DNA of 64,000 bases from Bacillales bacterium UBA4278. GTDB lineage: Bacteria > Bacillota_I > Bacilli_A > RFN20 > CAG-826. Every line of letters starts with the position of its first letter. Position 1 is the first letter of the stretch. The translations under genes and the position numbers were made by a program. The DNA is taken from NCBI GenBank assembly GCA_002395065.1, contig DGVS01000007.1, forward strand, positions 67,981-131,980, given 5' to 3'. Positions 19,705 to 28,628 of the stretch are shown here, in pieces. The notes below the pieces were generated by a model. That model ran no database searches. It was not told the DNA's origin and saw nothing but the letters and a program-made list of their open reading frames with translations.

Positions 19705-20565
19705 TTAAATCTTTAGATCAACAGTTTCAGAGATGTAATAGTGATAATTATATTCATCACAATACTCTTGGATTTCTTTCTTTAAAGTGTTGTTTTTTGT
19801 GTACTCAATAAAGAGAACATCTCCATAATATCTCATGAATTTAACAACACTAATGAGATACTCTTTTTCTTTTGCTATTTGTCTAGAGAAGACATTGTTT
19901 TCATAATCATCAATCTTGGAGAAGATACATTCTTGAGCATACGCTTTAATCTTTGATAATTCAGGACGATTTTCGTCTTTCATTCTTTCAAGAAAATCAG
20001 TTCCTGAATTAATCATGAGTTTCATTCCAGTGGAACTAAGATCATTTAGCATCTTCAAACAACCTTGATAGATGTCTTCTTTATTAATGTCGCTTCCTTG
20101 ATAGACTTCGGACACAATATAGTAAACATCAAAGTTATCCATAAAGATTCCATCTGCACCAAGATCTTTAAGTCTATTAGCTTCGCTTAGGATATGTTCT
20201 TGCCAGAAAGAGTTAGATACATCAACCCACCTTTCATCTGGCCAGTTTTCATAATCCATAAATGTTAAATCTTTATACGTTTCATAATATGAACGATATT
20301 TCTCTAGTGATCCAACCGATAAATAAGCATAAATAAAGCAATCACTTTGTTTAAGTGTAGAAATAGCGTTCGTATTAAAGCTATCTAAATCAATCGCGAC
20401 ATTTGGATAGTTCTTAATTTTATTAACACTACTTGAATCACATCCAAGAAAAACTCCATATTTTAGTGGAGCGGTGTATTCCCCTTTGGATGTTTTCTTT
20501 TTTGAAGAATTACATCCAGATAAAGAAAGCGCTAATAACGGAATTAAAAACAGAAGTTTTTTCAT
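19705..20565 (-). CDS. Lipoprotein, GH114-like (TM1410/PelA-hydrolase-like TIM-barrel) putative glycoside hydrolase
   Basis: Lipobox LSLSGC; YAYLSVGSLEKYRSYY, WVDVSNSFWQEHIL, LGADGIFMDNFDVY resemble GH114 conserved blocks (recalled, not searched). Confidence 0.5.
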   Translation of the reverse strand: MKKLLFLIPLLALSLSGCNSSKKKTSKGEYTAPLKYGVFLGCDSSSVNKIKNYPNVAIDLDSFNTNAISTLKQSDCFIYAYLSVGSLEKYRSYYETYKDLTFMDYENWPDERWVDVSNSFWQEHILSEANRLKDLGADGIFMDNFDVYYIVSEVYQGSDINKEDIYQGCLKMLNDLSSTGMKLMINSGTDFLERMKDENRPELSKIKAYAQECIFSKIDDYENNVFSRQIAKEKEYLISVVKFMRYYGDVLFIEYTKNNTLKKEIQEYCDEYNYHYYISETVDLKI

Positions 20566-20692
20566 GCGCCTATATTCTACACACTCGCATAAAAGTGTCC
20601 CACGAAAAATTTTTATATTTCAATGAAATATCTTTTTAATGAATGAAAAATTTGGTCATTTTTTACGAATAGAGATATTAAAAGCTTTTTGA

Positions 20693-21067
20693 GTGAAAGG
20701 AGAAACTAGTATGAAAAAGAAATCAAAACATGCCCCATTAAGAAGAAGGCACGAATTTAGATACCATAAAGTTCCGGTAGTTTTAGATAGTGGACATATT
20801 TTTAATATTAAGCATCCGGCATATATCTTTTTAGAAAAAGGAAATATCTTTATTTATGTGTCTTTAACCCACTCTAAAAAAGTAGGAGAAAATATTGTTA
20901 TAGAACTTAAGAAAAATCCTAATTCAAAAGACCAATCAAAATCATATTGGATTGTTGAATTTAAAGAAGATACAAAAAATCGCTTCGGAAGAAAGCTTCC
21001 TGATTGGAAAATCGATAAGTTTGATGATTTGAATATTTTAAATGAATATAAAAAAAGCAAGGAATAA
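20693..21067 (+). CDS. Hypothetical small basic protein
   Basis: GGAG RBS; 124 aa, K/R-rich N-terminus; no family recognised. Confidence 0.4.
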   Translation: MKGETSMKKKSKHAPLRRRHEFRYHKVPVVLDSGHIFNIKHPAYIFLEKGNIFIYVSLTHSKKVGENIVIELKKNPNSKDQSKSYWIVEFKEDTKNRFGRKLPDWKIDKFDDLNILNEYKKSKE

Positions 21068-21107
21068 GTCCTTGCAATAGGTTTTTATCCTTTTTAAACC
21101 CAATTTA

Positions 21108-21260
21108 TTTCGTTGATGCGGTGTACCTTCACCATAAGGAGCATCATGCTTTTCGTTGGCCCCAATAGGTATGACCAACGAACAGGCGATTCTGTCACCT
21201 CGAACTTATTTCGGCTTATTGACACAGGAATACTAGTTCCAACAAATCGCCCGGTTCATA
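21108..21260. other. GC-rich (about 47% vs about 25-30% flanks) non-coding patch with nested inverted repeats; candidate structured RNA or relic att/integration site
   Basis: CGTTGG..CCAACG, GGCGAT..ATCGCC, GGTG..CACC, CGAA..TTCG dyads; no plausible ORF on either strand. Confidence 0.25.
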
Positions 21261-21450
21261 TTAAAGCAAACACTATTTTCTTTGTAAAGAACTTATTTTA
21301 AAAGATTATGTCATCGTTTCGAACTGGTATTGATATCAAAACTTATCTTATTAGATTAAAAAATATTTTGCTTAAATTAATATTATTATTCTACCAAGTA
21401 TATATATCTACCAATTAATAATATTAATTAAAGCAACATATATCCCCCTC

Positions 21451-21481
21451 TTGACAGATATATTACCCCTTGTGCTTAAAT
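21451..21481 (+). promoter_or_regulatory. Putative promoter (TTGACA ... TTAAAT) in an extremely AT-rich tract upstream of the RhuM-like gene
   Basis: TTGACA at 21451-21456; -10-like element 18-19 nt downstream. Confidence 0.3.
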
Positions 21482-21509
21482 GCGTGTTAAATCAATAAAG
21501 GAGAACAAT

Positions 21510-22385
21510 ATGGAAAATTTAGAAATTGTAAAATTCAATAATGGAGACTTTGAATTAGATGTCAAAGTGTCTCCGAACGAAGATACCGTCTGGCTTTCTA
21601 AAGAACAAATGGGTTTGCTATTTGATCGTGATAGAAGCGTTATTTCTAGACATATCAAACACATTTTCATGGAAAAGGAATTAGATGAAAAAAGCAACGT
21701 GCATTTTTTGCACATTGCCGTTTCTGACAAACCAGTTCCATTTTATAGCTTAGATGTCATTATTTCTGTCGGTTATCGTGTCCACTCTAAAAAAGGTGTT
21801 ATTTTTCGCAAGTGGGCGAATCGCATTTTAAAAGATTATTTGATTAAAGGTTATGTTGTTAATCCGAAAAAGATTGAGATAACGGTGGACGATTGGAATG
21901 CGTTAAACACCCAAGTGAAATATCTTGAAAATAAAATCGAAAAAATCGAAGAAAACATTTCAAAACGTGAAATATCAGACCAACTTTTCTTTGAAGGCGA
22001 ATTTTATAATGCTGCAAATTATCTAAGTGGAATATTAAAAAGTGCGAAACAAAGTGTTGCAATCATCGATCCATATTTTGATGCTATTGCGATGGAATAC
22101 TTAAAATACATTAAAAATGGAATACGCATTGAAATATTTACATCAATCGAGAAGTTAATTAATGATTTCGAAGTTCAAAAATTTCGAAAGCAAAACTCAA
22201 ACTTTAAGGTGTTTATTACGCATTCTTTTCACGATCGATTCATTATTATTGACCAAACAAAATGTTATCAAATTGGAACATCTTTAAATTCTTTAGGAAA
22301 CAAAACATTTGGTGTTACACAAATAAAAGATGCCGAATATATCGACATCCTTCAAAATCGAGTCAATCAAAGCAAAATAGCTTAA
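21510..22385 (+). CDS. RhuM-family N-terminal domain protein fused to a C-terminal domain with a PLD/HKD-like signature
   Basis: AAGGAGA RBS before ATG 21510. N-terminus VWLSKEQMGLLFDRDRSVISRHIKHIFMEKELDE...SLDVIISVGYRVHSKKGVIFRKWANRILKDYLIKGY matches the RhuM family. Coiled-coil linker, then C-terminus HDRFIIID-x7-GTSLN (H-x-R-x4-D...G-T-S-x-N). Confidence 0.6.
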   Translation: MENLEIVKFNNGDFELDVKVSPNEDTVWLSKEQMGLLFDRDRSVISRHIKHIFMEKELDEKSNVHFLHIAVSDKPVPFYSLDVIISVGYRVHSKKGVIFRKWANRILKDYLIKGYVVNPKKIEITVDDWNALNTQVKYLENKIEKIEENISKREISDQLFFEGEFYNAANYLSGILKSAKQSVAIIDPYFDAIAMEYLKYIKNGIRIEIFTSIEKLINDFEVQKFRKQNSNFKVFITHSFHDRFIIIDQTKCYQIGTSLNSLGNKTFGVTQIKDAEYIDILQNRVNQSKIA

Positions 22386-23272
22386 TTTTTCTCGAGTTTT
22401 CTTTCTGCGTATATCACGCATTCATTTGCACACACAATCATCAAAATAGTGAGAATCGCTCCCATTGAGACATCGCTTAAGAAGTGTGCACCAACAAGAA
22501 TTCTAGAGAATGAAACAAGAATGACCCACACAAATGATCCATAAAGCAATGGAAGTTGAATCTTGTCTTGTCCTTTTACGAAGTAAGGAACAAGTAATGC
22601 AAACATAATCGTAAGTGCGCTTCCACCAGCGTGTCCGCTTGGGAAAGATTTAAATTCTTCACTAGTTAATCCAGTTAGAGACATCAAATCCTTATAGTTT
22701 TTACATGGCTGATACCAGTTATGGAAATCAATGGCTTCATATAATGTTAGACTTCTATATCTTGGGCGGTGGAAGATACTTTTTAAAAGAGTTACTCCTG
22801 GAACAAGCGCCATAAAAATAAAGAAGGCACTGATTAATAAAATAATCCAAATTCCTTTTCGATCCGTTTTGTTAAACAAGTAATATCCAAGATAAGTCAT
22901 CCCAGATGCAAATGGAACAACAATTATGTATCCAACCCATTTTATAGATGGATTATAAAATCCGTTTGCTCCAAAGAACTCTCTTCCAGCGAAGAAGATG
23001 TTTAATCCAAAACAGGCCACACATAGAACAATAAAAACAACATTGTATCCAATCTTATATTGCTTTTTTAAGGCAATAGATAAGAAGCCTCCTCCAATAA
23101 AGGAGAGCAATAAGTATCCTGGAAGTGTTCCAATGGAGGAAACAAATAATCCAAAGGCGTTGTCTCGAGAAAAGATTGCTTGTGAGACTTGTTCATCAAA
23201 AAACGTACCAAGAACAAAAGTAATTACAAAGAATCCAAGAATAATGTATAGATTTAGACGTAATTTTTTCAT
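22382..23272 (-). CDS. PAP2-family membrane phosphatase
   Basis: PSGHAGGS and SRILVGAHFLSDV PAP2 motifs; multi-TM. Confidence 0.8.
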   Translation of the reverse strand: MKKLRLNLYIILGFFVITFVLGTFFDEQVSQAIFSRDNAFGLFVSSIGTLPGYLLLSFIGGGFLSIALKKQYKIGYNVVFIVLCVACFGLNIFFAGREFFGANGFYNPSIKWVGYIIVVPFASGMTYLGYYLFNKTDRKGIWIILLISAFFIFMALVPGVTLLKSIFHRPRYRSLTLYEAIDFHNWYQPCKNYKDLMSLTGLTSEEFKSFPSGHAGGSALTIMFALLVPYFVKGQDKIQLPLLYGSFVWVILVSFSRILVGAHFLSDVSMGAILTILMIVCANECVIYAERKLEKN

Positions 23273-23577
23273 TTCAAAAACCTATCTTTCGAAAATATTT
23301 TAAAAAAAATTTTTCATCTAATAAAGAATCTTCTCTTTTTGTGAATTTTCAATTAACAACATTCTAAAGAATCATTCGAATCAATCGACACAAAAAGTGA
23401 AGAGTCTGTGTTCAATAAATATATATTATTTAATCTTTTTTGCACCACTAACATGTTAGTTGTCTAAACAATTAACAAATTCTTCTTACTTGTGATATGA
23501 GCGCTAGTGTATAATCAATAATACACTTGTTAATGTGAGAGTGTATACACACACATTACCTTAAGGAAACCACTACT

Positions 23578-26500
23578 ATGAAAAACCTATTCAAAACAAG
23601 AAGAACAAAAATCTATCTTGGCATTATTGCAAGTGCTGTCTTTGCAGTAACAATTGCTTTATTTGCCAATTTCAAACCATCTTTATTTAGAAATGCATCC
23701 GCTGCCAATGATTACACAATTACATTTAATCGTAATAACGGTGGTGCCGGTTTCCCTTCTTCATATGGTAGTGGCACAAATAGTAGTGGTCATACAAGCA
23801 GAGGCAATCAAATCTCTTTCACATATAACAATGCAAAATCAACCTCCGGCAAGTTCTGTACTTTAGCTAATGGAGGTTATTTATATAACTTAACAGCCAT
23901 TACTGGATTAGAATCAGTGGAGATCGGATTTAGTGGTGGTTCACTTTCTTTATATTCCAGTAAATCTACGACATTTGATGGTGATGCTGAGTCATTAACT
24001 ACTGAATCAGCTTTATCAATCGCTGCCAACTATGACTATTTTAAGCTAGTTGCTAGCGGTGAAACTGCTATTGAATACATTAAAGTTTTCTATACTTGTT
24101 CTGCTCGTGAAGAACAATCATATTATGTGAAGGTTAATGAAACCTCACAAGTAACAAGTGGCCAATATTTGATTGTCTATGAGAGCGGAAGTGTTGCTTT
24201 AAATCTTCAAACTGAAGAAGATGTGGCAAATAACGGTACATCGGTTACTATTGTCGAAGACAAGATCGAGTCTACATCGGCAACAGATGTTTTAGCATTT
24301 ACTTTAGATGATACTAATGGATCTCTATTGGCTCCTTGTGGAAAATACATTACTCACACTGGATCTAAAAATACATTGAATTTCTCTGATTCTGCTGTTG
24401 GACACGATATTTCCGTTGAAGACGGTGTCGCAAACATTGAAGTTACATCTCAAAGTTATCATATTGCTTATAACAACAATACTGATCAAAAGCGATTTAG
24501 ATATTACCTGAATTCTGCTGCTAATGTCGCGTTATTTAAATTGAATGGTGAATCCGGCGGAGGCACTGTAGTAACAAACTATACCATTACCTATATGAGC
24601 AATGGTGGTACTGGAACAATGGAACCTACAAGTGGCACCAATCCAGTTGTTGCTTCATGTTCATTCACTGCACCATCTGGTCAAGAATTCTCTAAATGGA
24701 ATACAGCTGCAAATGGCAGCGGAACCGATGTCGCTGTTGGCACAGCCTTAAGTGCTGATACTACCTTATATGCTATTTGGGAGGCTTCTTCCTCTGGAGG
24801 TAGTTCAACATTCGAACTTTTCTCTGGAACAATTGAAGAAGGCGATTACATTATTACCTATGATGACTGTGCAATGAATACTACAGTAACATCGACACGT
24901 TTACAATATTATTCTGTCACACCTGTCAATGACGTGATTACTGACCCAAGTGATGATATTATCTGGCACATTGCCAAAAGCGGTAATTACTGGACTCTTT
25001 ATAACGAAGAAGTTGAAGCTTATGTTGCTTCAACTGGTGCAAAAAACAAAGCACAAATGCTTGAAGATGGTACAGATGATAAATCTTTATGGTCAATTAC
25101 TGGTTCTGAAACTTATGAGTTTGTTAATAAACAAAACGCAAGCAGTGGTGTTAATGCAAATTTAAGAAAAAATGGAACATACGGATTTGCATGTTATTCT
25201 TCGAGTACAGGTGGCGAATTAACTCTGTACAAATCTGTAGAAGCCACTCCACAAGGACCAATCTCGGTGAGCGGTGTTTCACTTAACCATGTTTCGGCAG
25301 AGATTACCAATGAAACTGGAATTCAACTTTCTGCCACAATTTCTCCAAACAATGCTACGAACCAAAATGTATCTTGGTCATCAGATAAACCCGGTATCGC
25401 TTCTGTTGATCAGTCTGGAAATGTTACAGGTGTTTCTGCTGGCACAGCCATTATTACTGTAACAACCGAAGATGGCAATAAGACCGCCACTTGTGAAGTG
25501 ACGGTTACGATGATTGTTCACGTTACAGGCGTGTCTTTAGATCATACATCTTTAGATTTGCATCCAGGTGAACAAGACAGTTTAACAGCAACCGTTTCGC
25601 CGTCAAATGCAAGCAATAAGAATGTTACGTGGTCGACAAATGCATCTAGTGTTGCAACCGTTAATAACGGAACTGTTACTGCAGTTTCCGCTGGTACGGC
25701 AACAATTACCATCACAACTGTTGATGGAAGCAAAACGGCTCAGTGCACCGTGACTGTAACAAATATCGCCGTTACTGGTATTTCATTAAATAAAAATTCA
25801 TTAACACTTGATCGTCCAGGATCAGAGACATTAACTGCAACAATTGCCCCTTCAAATGCATCGAATAAAAATGTTAATTGGAGCTCCGGAAATACAAATG
25901 TTGCTACAGTCAGTGGTGGCACAGTTACTGCTGTTGGCACAGGTACAACAATCATTACCGCAACATCTGCTGCTGACAATACAAAATATGCAACTTGTAC
26001 TGTTACAGTTAACCCTGTGAATGTTTCAAGCGTTTCATTGAATAAAAATGCTTTAAGTTTAGGTGTTGGCGCCAAAGAAACATTAACAGCAACTGTGTCT
26101 CCTTCAAATGCAGATAATACCAATATTAATTGGTCGACAAGTGATTCTGGTGTAGCTACCGTTACTAACGGAGAGGTTACAGGTGTTGCAGCTGGTACCG
26201 CAACTATTACCGCTACATCAGCAGCTGATAGCTCCAAGAAAGCCACATGTACTGTTACCGTCACAAGTCAAAGTCCTGTTTCATCCTATACAATAGAATT
26301 TAAGGTTGGAACTGGTGACGGAAGTACGTTGTCAGATACTACCGAAAACTCGACTTACATCGAATCTGGTTCGGAATACGTCAATAGTATTTCTTATGCT
26401 AATAAGGTGTATGGCCCCGGATCTTATGGATTAAAACTCGGTGCTTCTAGTAGTGCTGGTTCACTTACGCTTTCTATTGATAGCACAGAAGTTTCAACAA

Positions 26501-28149
26501 TTGTTGTTAACGCTAAGTTATATCGTTCAGATAAATCTGCTACATTGGATGTAAATTCAACCGGCGCTCAAAGTGTTGGTTCATCATTCACTGACTACAC
26601 ATATACCATTGATGACACAATTACTTCTATTACCCTCGGATCAACAAAATATATTTGGATTTCTGGCGTGACTGTGAATATCAAGAATTCAACACCTATA
26701 AATCCAACATCCATCTCGATTGATCCATCAAGCCTTGAATTAGGAAAAGGTGGAAACAGAAACTTAATTGTTAATTACACCCCATCAAATGCTAACCAAA
26801 ATAAGGAAGTTACCTGGACTCGTTATAGTGGTAGTTCTAATATTTCTGTTGATCAGAATGGTTTGGTTACCGTTTCTTCAAATGCTTCAGTTGGAAATAG
26901 CGCGGTAATTCGTGCAACATTAACTAATTTAACAAGCATTTATGCACAGTGCACAGTTACTGTCACAGATGTACAAAAAGCTAAATACACAGTTCTCTTG
27001 TATCTCTGTGGATCAACCCTTGAATATGGTAAGAATAATTCTGGAAACTATCAACTTTGGGGTTCCGCAACCGATGATATGAGAGAGATTCTCAACGCGT
27101 CTGGAACATACAAAAGTGATGTCAACATTGTTGTTGAAACAGGCGGCTCGAAGAAATGGGAAACTACCTATGGCGTTTCTAAGGACAAATTAGAGGTCCG
27201 ACATGTCTCTGGAAGTTCTTATGTTAAGGATTCTCCAAGTACTATTACTACTCAAGCAAACATGGGTGAAGCATCAACGCTTCAGACATTCCTTGAATAC
27301 GGTTTAACAACTTATCCAGCCGATAAGACAGCTTTGATTCTTTGGGATCACGGCGGTGCTATGACAGGTGTTTGTTGTGATGATAACTATAGTATGGAAT
27401 GTTTGACAGCGGCTGAAGTCAAATCTGCCGTTAGCGGAGCCCTATCTAATTGTGGAATGTCTGGACAAAAACTTGAATGGATTGGTTACGATGCATGTTT
27501 AATGGGTGTTGCTGATATTGCGTCAATCAACTCTGATTACTTTAATTACATGGTTGCATCTCAAGAATCAGAACCTGGTGATGGTTGGGATTATACAACT
27601 TGGGTTTCTAGCCTGTATAACAATCCAACTAATACAAGAACAGTCCTTGATAGTATTACAACTAGTTACCGAGCACAGTATGTTGGTGGAACATACACAA
27701 ATGATGCTACACTTGCAGCTTATGATTTATCATGTATGTCAGCTTTTACAACTGCTTTCGAGAATTTTGCTTCTCATGTAAGTGGAAGTTGGTCTGGCTT
27801 AACGACAGCTTATGATAATTCGCTTAAGTTTGGCATCGATGATGATAATGATTATATGTACGGTATTGCTGATATGAAGAGCTTTATAAATAATGCTAAT
27901 ACTCAAATTAATGGAATATCTACATATACCTCAGCTGTGTTAACAGCATTAAATAATCTCGTTATTTACAATAAATACTGCACAGCTTATACAAGTTCTA
28001 CTGGTTATCCGTGTGGTGTTTGTGTGTTCATAGCTCATCTTGATAACAGTTACAAACCTTATACAAGAAAAGCTGAATACACGACAAACGATACGAAATT
28101 TACTACATGGAGAAATATTAATATCAGTAATGGTTCTTGGGGATCATAA
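23578..28149 (+). CDS. Giant N-terminally anchored surface protein: tandem Big_2 Ig-like repeats and C-terminal clostripain-like (peptidase C11) domain
   Basis: N-terminal TM/signal; four or more near-identical about 80-aa Big_2 repeats. C-terminus YTVLLYLCGSTLEYG ... ILWDHGGAMTG (His) ... IGYDACLMG (Cys) matches C11 catalytic dyad blocks. Confidence 0.8.
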   Translation: MKNLFKTRRTKIYLGIIASAVFAVTIALFANFKPSLFRNASAANDYTITFNRNNGGAGFPSSYGSGTNSSGHTSRGNQISFTYNNAKSTSGKFCTLANGGYLYNLTAITGLESVEIGFSGGSLSLYSSKSTTFDGDAESLTTESALSIAANYDYFKLVASGETAIEYIKVFYTCSAREEQSYYVKVNETSQVTSGQYLIVYESGSVALNLQTEEDVANNGTSVTIVEDKIESTSATDVLAFTLDDTNGSLLAPCGKYITHTGSKNTLNFSDSAVGHDISVEDGVANIEVTSQSYHIAYNNNTDQKRFRYYLNSAANVALFKLNGESGGGTVVTNYTITYMSNGGTGTMEPTSGTNPVVASCSFTAPSGQEFSKWNTAANGSGTDVAVGTALSADTTLYAIWEASSSGGSSTFELFSGTIEEGDYIITYDDCAMNTTVTSTRLQYYSVTPVNDVITDPSDDIIWHIAKSGNYWTLYNEEVEAYVASTGAKNKAQMLEDGTDDKSLWSITGSETYEFVNKQNASSGVNANLRKNGTYGFACYSSSTGGELTLYKSVEATPQGPISVSGVSLNHVSAEITNETGIQLSATISPNNATNQNVSWSSDKPGIASVDQSGNVTGVSAGTAIITVTTEDGNKTATCEVTVTMIVHVTGVSLDHTSLDLHPGEQDSLTATVSPSNASNKNVTWSTNASSVATVNNGTVTAVSAGTATITITTVDGSKTAQCTVTVTNIAVTGISLNKNSLTLDRPGSETLTATIAPSNASNKNVNWSSGNTNVATVSGGTVTAVGTGTTIITATSAADNTKYATCTVTVNPVNVSSVSLNKNALSLGVGAKETLTATVSPSNADNTNINWSTSDSGVATVTNGEVTGVAAGTATITATSAADSSKKATCTVTVTSQSPVSSYTIEFKVGTGDGSTLSDTTENSTYIESGSEYVNSISYANKVYGPGSYGLKLGASSSAGSLTLSIDSTEVSTIVVNAKLYRSDKSATLDVNSTGAQSVGSSFTDYTYTIDDTITSITLGSTKYIWISGVTVNIKNSTPINPTSISIDPSSLELGKGGNRNLIVNYTPSNANQNKEVTWTRYSGSSNISVDQNGLVTVSSNASVGNSAVIRATLTNLTSIYAQCTVTVTDVQKAKYTVLLYLCGSTLEYGKNNSGNYQLWGSATDDMREILNASGTYKSDVNIVVETGGSKKWETTYGVSKDKLEVRHVSGSSYVKDSPSTITTQANMGEASTLQTFLEYGLTTYPADKTALILWDHGGAMTGVCCDDNYSMECLTAAEVKSAVSGALSNCGMSGQKLEWIGYDACLMGVADIASINSDYFNYMVASQESEPGDGWDYTTWVSSLYNNPTNTRTVLDSITTSYRAQYVGGTYTNDATLAAYDLSCMSAFTTAFENFASHVSGSWSGLTTAYDNSLKFGIDDDNDYMYGIADMKSFINNANTQINGISTYTSAVLTALNNLVIYNKYCTAYTSSTGYPCGVCVFIAHLDNSYKPYTRKAEYTTNDTKFTTWRNINISNGSWGS
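25260..26280 (+). repeat. Tandem about 240-bp intragenic repeats encoding Big_2 modules
   Basis: Repeated ...TATVSPSNASNKNV.WS...VATV..GTVTAVSAGTATIT...CTVTVT units; generate spurious antisense ORFs 25542-26264. Confidence 0.7.
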
Positions 28150-28557
28150 CTAAACTTTAAAAAAGATAAGCCGATATGAAAGGTAACCTTTCCAATGTCT
28201 ATGATTTGGGGTACATTTCAATGATTGGTTTCTAAAGCAACTTTAACAACGAATCTAAAATCCTTGGTTGTTCTCTTTATGTGCATAAAGAAACTATTTC
28301 TTTCATGGTTTATAGACGCGCTAATGTGATACAACTCCTTTCTATCAGCAATGATAAATCGATCATGGAAGGTATTCTTTTCAATTAACTTAGTCGCCTA
28401 TAACCTTGCACAAAAAGGCAGAGGCTTGCAAAAGGGCTTGTGTATGTACTGGCTAAATAGTGCTCAGTACTCCGATGTTAGTACCTATTACACAACAAGC
28501 GAAACTCGTTTAACAACTTGGAGATCATTCTGTGTTAATAAAGGTACACACGCTTAA
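28150..28557 (+). pseudogene. Degenerate 3' remnant paralogous to the C-terminus of the upstream C11-domain gene
   Basis: Frames read ...NVYDLGYISMIGF... and GLCMYWLNSAQYSDVSTYYTTSETRLTTWRSF, compared with DYMYGIADMKSF and GVCVFIAHLDNSYKPYTRKAEYTTNDTKFTTWRNI in the intact gene; multiple stops and frameshifts. Confidence 0.45.
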
Positions 28558-28628
28558 TCAATAACCAAACTAAAAGCGAGACCTTGTTGGTGAACTAGTC
28601 AAGCGAAAGTAGACAATTCAAATAAGTC

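Noticed and set aside
21113-21301. 62-aa ORF on + strand inside the GC-rich patch
   Set aside because: No RBS and low-complexity translation, overlapping dense inverted repeats; treated as non-coding structured DNA/RNA instead
25542-26264. Two long antisense ORFs (63 and 174 aa) opposite the big surface-protein gene
   Set aside because: They lie within tandem Big_2 repeats, and their V/T/A-rich low-complexity translation mirrors the sense strand; classic repeat artefact
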